Source: Candidatus Binatia bacterium (lineage in GTDB: Bacteria; Desulfobacterota; Binatia; UBA12015). Taken from it: a stretch of DNA of 64,000 nt. Of this stretch, positions 59,951 to 64,000 are shown one piece after another. Positions within the stretch are counted from its first letter, which is position 1; the number at the start of each line of letters is the position of its first letter. The DNA is taken from positions 7,531 through 71,530 of the forward strand of contig JAIEPK010000143.1 in NCBI GenBank assembly GCA_019749875.1, given 5' to 3'. Position numbers and translations under genes: made by a program. The notes below the pieces were generated by a model. It was not told the DNA's origin and did not search any database. It saw only the letters and a list, made by a program, of their open reading frames with translations.

Positions 59951-61333
59951 TTACGACGTGCGCCGCGCGACGATGCTGCGCTCGAGGCGTTCGAGGATCG
60001 CGCGCAGTGCGGGGTCGGACGACTGACGGCTGGTGATCGTGTTGTTCGCGTGGATCACCGTCGAGTGATCACGGCCGCCGAACTGGTCACCGATCGCAGG
60101 GAAGGACAGGTTCACCAGGCGGCGGGTCAAAAACATCGCGATCTGCCGCGGAAAGACGAGGTTCTGCGTTCGGCGCTTGGATTTGAGCTCGGTCAAGGAG
60201 AGACCGAAGTGCTCACAGACCGCGCGCTGCACGTCGGCAGCCGTCGGGTCCTTGCGACGATCTCCCAGCAGAGGACGCAGGACGTCCTGAGCGAACTCGA
60301 GCGTGATCTCGTGGTGCGTGAGGGACGCGTGGGCGCCGAGCCTCGTCAGTGCACCTTCGAGCTCGCGCACGTTGCTCACGACCTCGTCGGCGAGATAGGC
60401 GGCTACGTCGGAGGAGAGGGAAAGACCCTCGGCCTCGGCCTTCTGCTGCACGATCGCGAGCCGGGTCTCGGTATCCGGCGCCTGGATGTCGACCGTGAGG
60501 CCCCACTCGAAGCGGTTGCGGAGTCGCTCCTCGAGGTCGGGGATGTCCTTGGGGAACTTGTCCGACGTGAGGACGATTTGCTTTCGCGCTTCGTGCAGGG
60601 TGTTGAACGTGTGGAAGAACTCTTCCTGCGTGCGCTCACGCCCGGCGAGAAACTGGACGTCGTCGACGATGAGGACGTCCACCTTGCGGAAGCGTTTCTT
60701 GAACTCGTCCATGCGCTGATGTCGCAGACACGCGATCAGCTCGTTCACGAACGCCTCGCTCGACAGGTAGACGATCTTCGCCGACGGATTCTTCTCGAAC
60801 ACGGCGTGGCCGATTGCGTTCACCAGGTGCGTCTTGCCCACGCCTGTCGTGCCGTAGATGAACACGGGGTTGTAAACGCACCCGGGGTTGCTCGCGATGG
60901 CACGCGCGGCGGCATGCGCGAACTGGTTGCTCGGTCCAACCACGAAGTTCTCGAACGTGTACCGCGGCACGAGATGCGCCAACCTGGCTGCGACAGAGGT
61001 CCGACTTTCCCGGGCCGGCTTCGAACTCGGCGAAAGCGACGCACCCGGCTCGATCGACGCCGATGGCTCGCTCTGCTCGAAGAGCTCGCCTTGGACGTTC
61101 TGGCGCACCTGCAGGACAACTTCCGGCGAGCCGTGAATCTCGTCGCGCAGGGCGTCCTTCAATGCGGCGAGATGCCGGCGCTCGACCCAGTCACGAAAAA
61201 ATTTACTCGGCGCATCGAGACAAACGTGGCCGTCGCGCATGGTGGACAGCCGCAGCGGCTTGATCCACGTCTCGTAGGTGCCGTCGCCCAGGCTTTCACG
61301 AAGCGACCTCTGCGCGTGCTGCCAGCTCCTCAT
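59951..61333 (-). CDS. dnaA: Chromosomal replication initiator DnaA. The start is probably ATG MRSWQHAQ at 61333, and the 15 N-terminal codons of the track ORF are doubtful.
   Basis: Domain I (TWIKPL), Walker A GTTGVGKTHL, domain IV DnaA signature (DHSTVIHA). Confidence 0.9.
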   Translation of the reverse strand: MRSWQHAQRSLRESLGDGTYETWIKPLRLSTMRDGHVCLDAPSKFFRDWVERRHLAALKDALRDEIHGSPEVVLQVRQNVQGELFEQSEPSASIEPGASLSPSSKPARESRTSVAARLAHLVPRYTFENFVVGPSNQFAHAAARAIASNPGCVYNPVFIYGTTGVGKTHLVNAIGHAVFEKNPSAKIVYLSSEAFVNELIACLRHQRMDEFKKRFRKVDVLIVDDVQFLAGRERTQEEFFHTFNTLHEARKQIVLTSDKFPKDIPDLEERLRNRFEWGLTVDIQAPDTETRLAIVQQKAEAEGLSLSSDVAAYLADEVVSNVRELEGALTRLGAHASLTHHEITLEFAQDVLRPLLGDRRKDPTAADVQRAVCEHFGLSLTELKSKRRTQNLVFPRQIAMFLTRRLVNLSFPAIGDQFGGRDHSTVIHANNTITSRQSSDPALRAILERLERSIVARRTS

Positions 61334-61358
61334 GCTGCTCGACCCCCCCCGATCAGGC

Positions 61359-61379
61359 TTATGCACAGGCTTTTGCACA
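61359..61379. promoter_or_regulatory. Tandem DnaA boxes TTATGCACA / TTTTGCACA (12-bp direct repeat aggcttWtgcac) at the dnaA 5' end.
   Basis: Both fit the TTWTNCACA consensus. They lie just upstream of the probable dnaA ATG (61333), on the coding strand side. Confidence 0.5.
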
Positions 61380-61551
61380 GGTGTGGGTAACGCGTAATTC
61401 TCCCGAAAATCCCGACGGTTGCGCCGTCCCCCACAGCGCTGGATTCACGTCGCGGATCGACTCGCCGGGCTCCCGCGGAGAGATGCTCCGGCGAGTGCGG
61501 CCAAGCGAACACGGTCACAGGTGAAGTCTGGGAAACCGAGAGAAGTTCACA

Positions 61552-61596
61552 CCCTGACGGGCGCGAGGGGGCTGACATAGCCCCGGCCCGTCAGGG
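61552..61596. other. Stable nested hairpin (CCCTGACGGG-cgcgagggggctgacatagccccgg-CCCGTCAGGG) in the dnaA/hemL divergent intergenic region.
   Basis: 10-bp perfect inverted repeat with an inner GGGGCT/AGCCCC stem, seen directly. Confidence 0.4.
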
Positions 61597-61733
61597 CTTG
61601 CAAGGAAAAAACTGGGCGCATGCAGGACGCGGGTGATTTTGCGAGGAAATTTCTTCCACAGCCCGATCACCTTGACCGTGCTCGGGTGCGTTGGTAGCCC
61701 GACCTCGGTCGTTTTCCATTTGCGCATCACAAC

Positions 61734-63005
61734 TTGCAGAACGCATCGTCAAAACTCGCAGCACGCGCGATCGACGTCATTCCGGGTGGCGTAAACAGCC
61801 CGGTTCGTGCGTGGAAAGCCGTCGGAGGCAATCCCTGCTTCGTGAAACGCGCGCAAGGCGCGTATCTCTGGGATGTCGATGACAATCGCTACGTCGACCT
61901 CGTGTGCGAGTGGGGTCCGCTGATCGTCGGGCACGCTCATCCGGACGTGTTGCGGGCGGTCACCACTGCGGCTGCAAACGGTCTCGGCTTCGGAGCGCCG
62001 ACGGCGATCGAGGTGGAGCTCGCGGAACGCATCGTTGCTGCCGTGCCGTCGATCGAGAAGGTGCGTCTCGTGACGTCGGGAACCGAGGCGACGATGACGG
62101 CACTCCGCATCGCGCGCGCCGCGACCAAGCGCGATCGAATCGTGAAGCTTGCGGGCTGCTATCATGGCCACAGCGATCAGCTCTTGGTGCGCGCGGGATC
62201 GGGCGCGGCGACGTTCGGCGTTCCCGATAGCGCCGGTGTGCCCGCCGACGTCTCACGTTTGACGTCCGTCGTCGAGTACAACGACGTCGCCGCAATGCAG
62301 GAGGCGCTCGAGACGGGGCCGCCGGTCGCCGCGGTGATCCTCGAGCCTCTCGCCGCGAACATGGGCGTCGTGCCGCCCGACCCCGGATACCTCGAGGCGA
62401 TCCGCCGGCTCACGCGCGATGCCGGTGCGATTCTCATCTTCGACGAGGTGATCAGCGGTTTCCGTGTCGCGCGCGGCGGCGCGCAAGAGCTGTACGGCGT
62501 CGTTCCCGATCTCACCTGTCTCGGAAAGATCATTGGTGGCGGCCTGTCGGTTGGCGCAGTCGGCGGACGCGCCGACTTGATGGACCAGCTCGCGCCCGTG
62601 GGTCCCGTGTACCAGGCGGGAACACTGTCGGGGAATCCGGTCGCGTGCAGCGCTGGCGTCGCGACGCTCGACCTCCTCACGAGCGAGTCGTACGTCGCAC
62701 TCGAGAAGTCGTCGGCGCTGCTCGAGGCCGGGCTGCGCGAGGCGATCGCGAGCACCGGTGTCCACGCGACCGTGCAGCGCGTCGGATCCCTGTTGACGGT
62801 CTTCTTCGGCGTCGACGAGGTGCACGACTTTCGCGCGGCGAGCGCAAGCGACACCGGTGCCTTCGCCCGGTTCTTCCGGGCGATGTTCGAGCGCGGCGTG
62901 AATCTCCCGCCGTCGCAGTTCGAGGCCTGGTTCCTGTCGCTGGCGCACGGAGCCTCCGAGATCGAGCGCATCGTCGAAGCGACGCGTGAATCGCTGCGCG
63001 CGTGA
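61734..63005 (+). CDS. hemL: Glutamate-1-semialdehyde 2,1-aminomutase.
   Basis: GGVNSPVRA N-terminal motif and PLP-lysine region (class III aminotransferase). TTG start. Confidence 0.9.
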   Translation: MQNASSKLAARAIDVIPGGVNSPVRAWKAVGGNPCFVKRAQGAYLWDVDDNRYVDLVCEWGPLIVGHAHPDVLRAVTTAAANGLGFGAPTAIEVELAERIVAAVPSIEKVRLVTSGTEATMTALRIARAATKRDRIVKLAGCYHGHSDQLLVRAGSGAATFGVPDSAGVPADVSRLTSVVEYNDVAAMQEALETGPPVAAVILEPLAANMGVVPPDPGYLEAIRRLTRDAGAILIFDEVISGFRVARGGAQELYGVVPDLTCLGKIIGGGLSVGAVGGRADLMDQLAPVGPVYQAGTLSGNPVACSAGVATLDLLTSESYVALEKSSALLEAGLREAIASTGVHATVQRVGSLLTVFFGVDEVHDFRAASASDTGAFARFFRAMFERGVNLPPSQFEAWFLSLAHGASEIERIVEATRESLRA

Positions 63006-63253
63006 GCGACGGTTCCGACCACAAGTCGTCGGAAGAACGGCGGCAGCTCGGCATCCAGATGGCAGCGCTCGGTCTCGAGTTTTCGAGCGCGGTCCTGGGC
63101 GGATTGATCCTCGGCTACTACCTGGACGAGTGGCTCGGAACCAAGCCGTGGCTGATGCTGGTCGGCACGTTTGCTGGACTCGGTACGGCGGTCGCGAGGA
63201 TGATCGTTCTCACCAAGCGGTTCCAGCAGATCCGCGATGAGCGACACCGCTGA
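63002..63253 (+). CDS. AtpZ/AtpI-like small membrane protein preceding the ATP synthase F0 genes.
   Basis: Two TM helices and position immediately upstream of atpI-atpB. Confidence 0.45.
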   Translation: MSDGSDHKSSEERRQLGIQMAALGLEFSSAVLGGLILGYYLDEWLGTKPWLMLVGTFAGLGTAVARMIVLTKRFQQIRDERHR

Positions 63254-63629
63254 GCTGCCGCCGCCCGCGCGGCTACGGGCGGGACGGATCGGCCTTCTTC
63301 AGCTGGCCGTGACGGCGGCGCTGGTCGCGGTCGTCGTCGCGAGCGGTCGCGGGGCCGTGTCCGGGGTCGTCGGGGGCGCCGCTCTCATGTACGCGAGCCT
63401 GCTGCTGCAGCATCTTGCGGTCGGCCTGGTGTTGCGCGGGACGGCCCGGTCCGGTCTCGCGATCGCCCTGTTCCTCGCGAAGCTGACCCTCCTTCTCGGG
63501 GTGGCGGCGATCGGGCTCAGAACCACGCTCTTGGCCCCGATGTCGTTCGCCGCGGGAGCGTCGACCTTGCTGCTCGCCATCGTGATCGACGCGTGCTACG
63601 GGAGCGGGTCGGCGTCCGGCGCCCGTTGA
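63237..63629 (+). CDS. atpI: ATP synthase protein I (AtpI-like), polytopic small membrane protein.
   Basis: Four hydrophobic helices. Synteny upstream of the subunit a gene. Confidence 0.45.
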   Translation: MSDTAELPPPARLRAGRIGLLQLAVTAALVAVVVASGRGAVSGVVGGAALMYASLLLQHLAVGLVLRGTARSGLAIALFLAKLTLLLGVAAIGLRTTLLAPMSFAAGASTLLLAIVIDACYGSGSASGAR

Positions 63630-63647
63630 TCCGAGGAAGGCTCCCGC

Positions 63648-64000
63648 ATGGAACATCCCGTTACCTGGACAGGCTTGATCGGCATCCCGCACGGTCCGTG
63701 GGAGTACTTCGCGATCGGGCTGCTGATCATGGGAGTGCTGCTGATTCTTGCGCTGAGGGCGCGCGGAGAGCTCGCCAAGGATTCGGCGGTCGTGCCCGAC
63801 GAGTCTTTGTCGGCGAGGAACGTCTTCGAGCTGCTCGTCGAGGCGATCGGTGGCCTGTCGGAGAGCGTGATCGGGCACGGCGCCGAGAGGTACGTCCCGC
63901 TGCTGTCGAGCTTCTTCATCTTCATTCTCTTCTCGAACTTCATCGGGCTGCTGCCGGGCTTCACGCCCCCGACGAGCGACTTCAACATCACCTTCGCGCT
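63648..64000 (+). CDS. atpB: ATP synthase F0 subunit a, 5' partial (runs off the window end).
   Basis: N-terminal TM helices and ...SNFIGLLPG... typical of subunit a. No stop within the window. Confidence 0.75.
   Translation, partial: MEHPVTWTGLIGIPHGPWEYFAIGLLIMGVLLILALRARGELAKDSAVVPDESLSARNVFELLVEAIGGLSESVIGHGAERYVPLLSSFFIFILFSNFIGLLPGFTPPTSDFNITFA

Overview
This window is a high-GC (~70%) chromosomal segment spanning the replication-origin neighbourhood of a bacterium. Gene content and codon bias suggest a Myxococcota-like deltaproteobacterium, but that is inference. I assigned about 60 protein-coding genes by reading the ORF-track translations.

Main blocks, left to right:
- A flavin reductase / BMP lipoprotein / glmU operon, then an MFS transporter and glmS.
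- A dense two-component/sigma-54 signalling cluster: hybrid HK, PAS-HK, NtrC-type response regulator, single receiver protein, GAF-HK, and a receiver-less sigma-54 activator.
- CoA-transferase, ribBA, a PagL-like protein, dsbD, a GNAT, a 564-aa HExxH hypothetical, and gpsA.
- The classic rpmH-rnpA-yidD-yidC-mnmE-mnmG-rsmG-parA-parB block, with two near-consensus parS sites and a bactofilin gene directly after parB.
- atpF'-F-H-A-G-D-C, a stand-alone Clp-D2-like AAA+ ATPase, an SDR, a TetR regulator with two acyl-CoA dehydrogenases, a thioredoxin-domain protein, and a CoA-metabolism/gloB/FIST group.
- Dus, then gyrA-gyrB-dnaN-dnaA on the minus strand, followed by hemL and the start of a second ATP-synthase locus (atpZ/I/B).

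Non-coding signals I found:
- An AT-rich DUE with DnaA-box-like motifs between dnaA and dnaN, which I take as putative oriC.
- Tandem TTWTNCACA boxes at the dnaA start.
- Two good sigma-54 -24/-12 promoter candidates, one driving a pair of novel small ORFs and one driving a secreted protein.
- Several palindromes/hairpins.

I found no rRNA, tRNA, CRISPR, transposase or integrase. Many long ORFs in the track are antisense or frame-shadow artefacts typical of high-GC DNA, and I rejected them. No single planted novel system is evident. The most interesting candidates are the sigma-54-driven small-ORF pair, the receiver-less enhancer-binding-protein cluster, a Cys-rich mini-protein, and an HExxH hypothetical protein.
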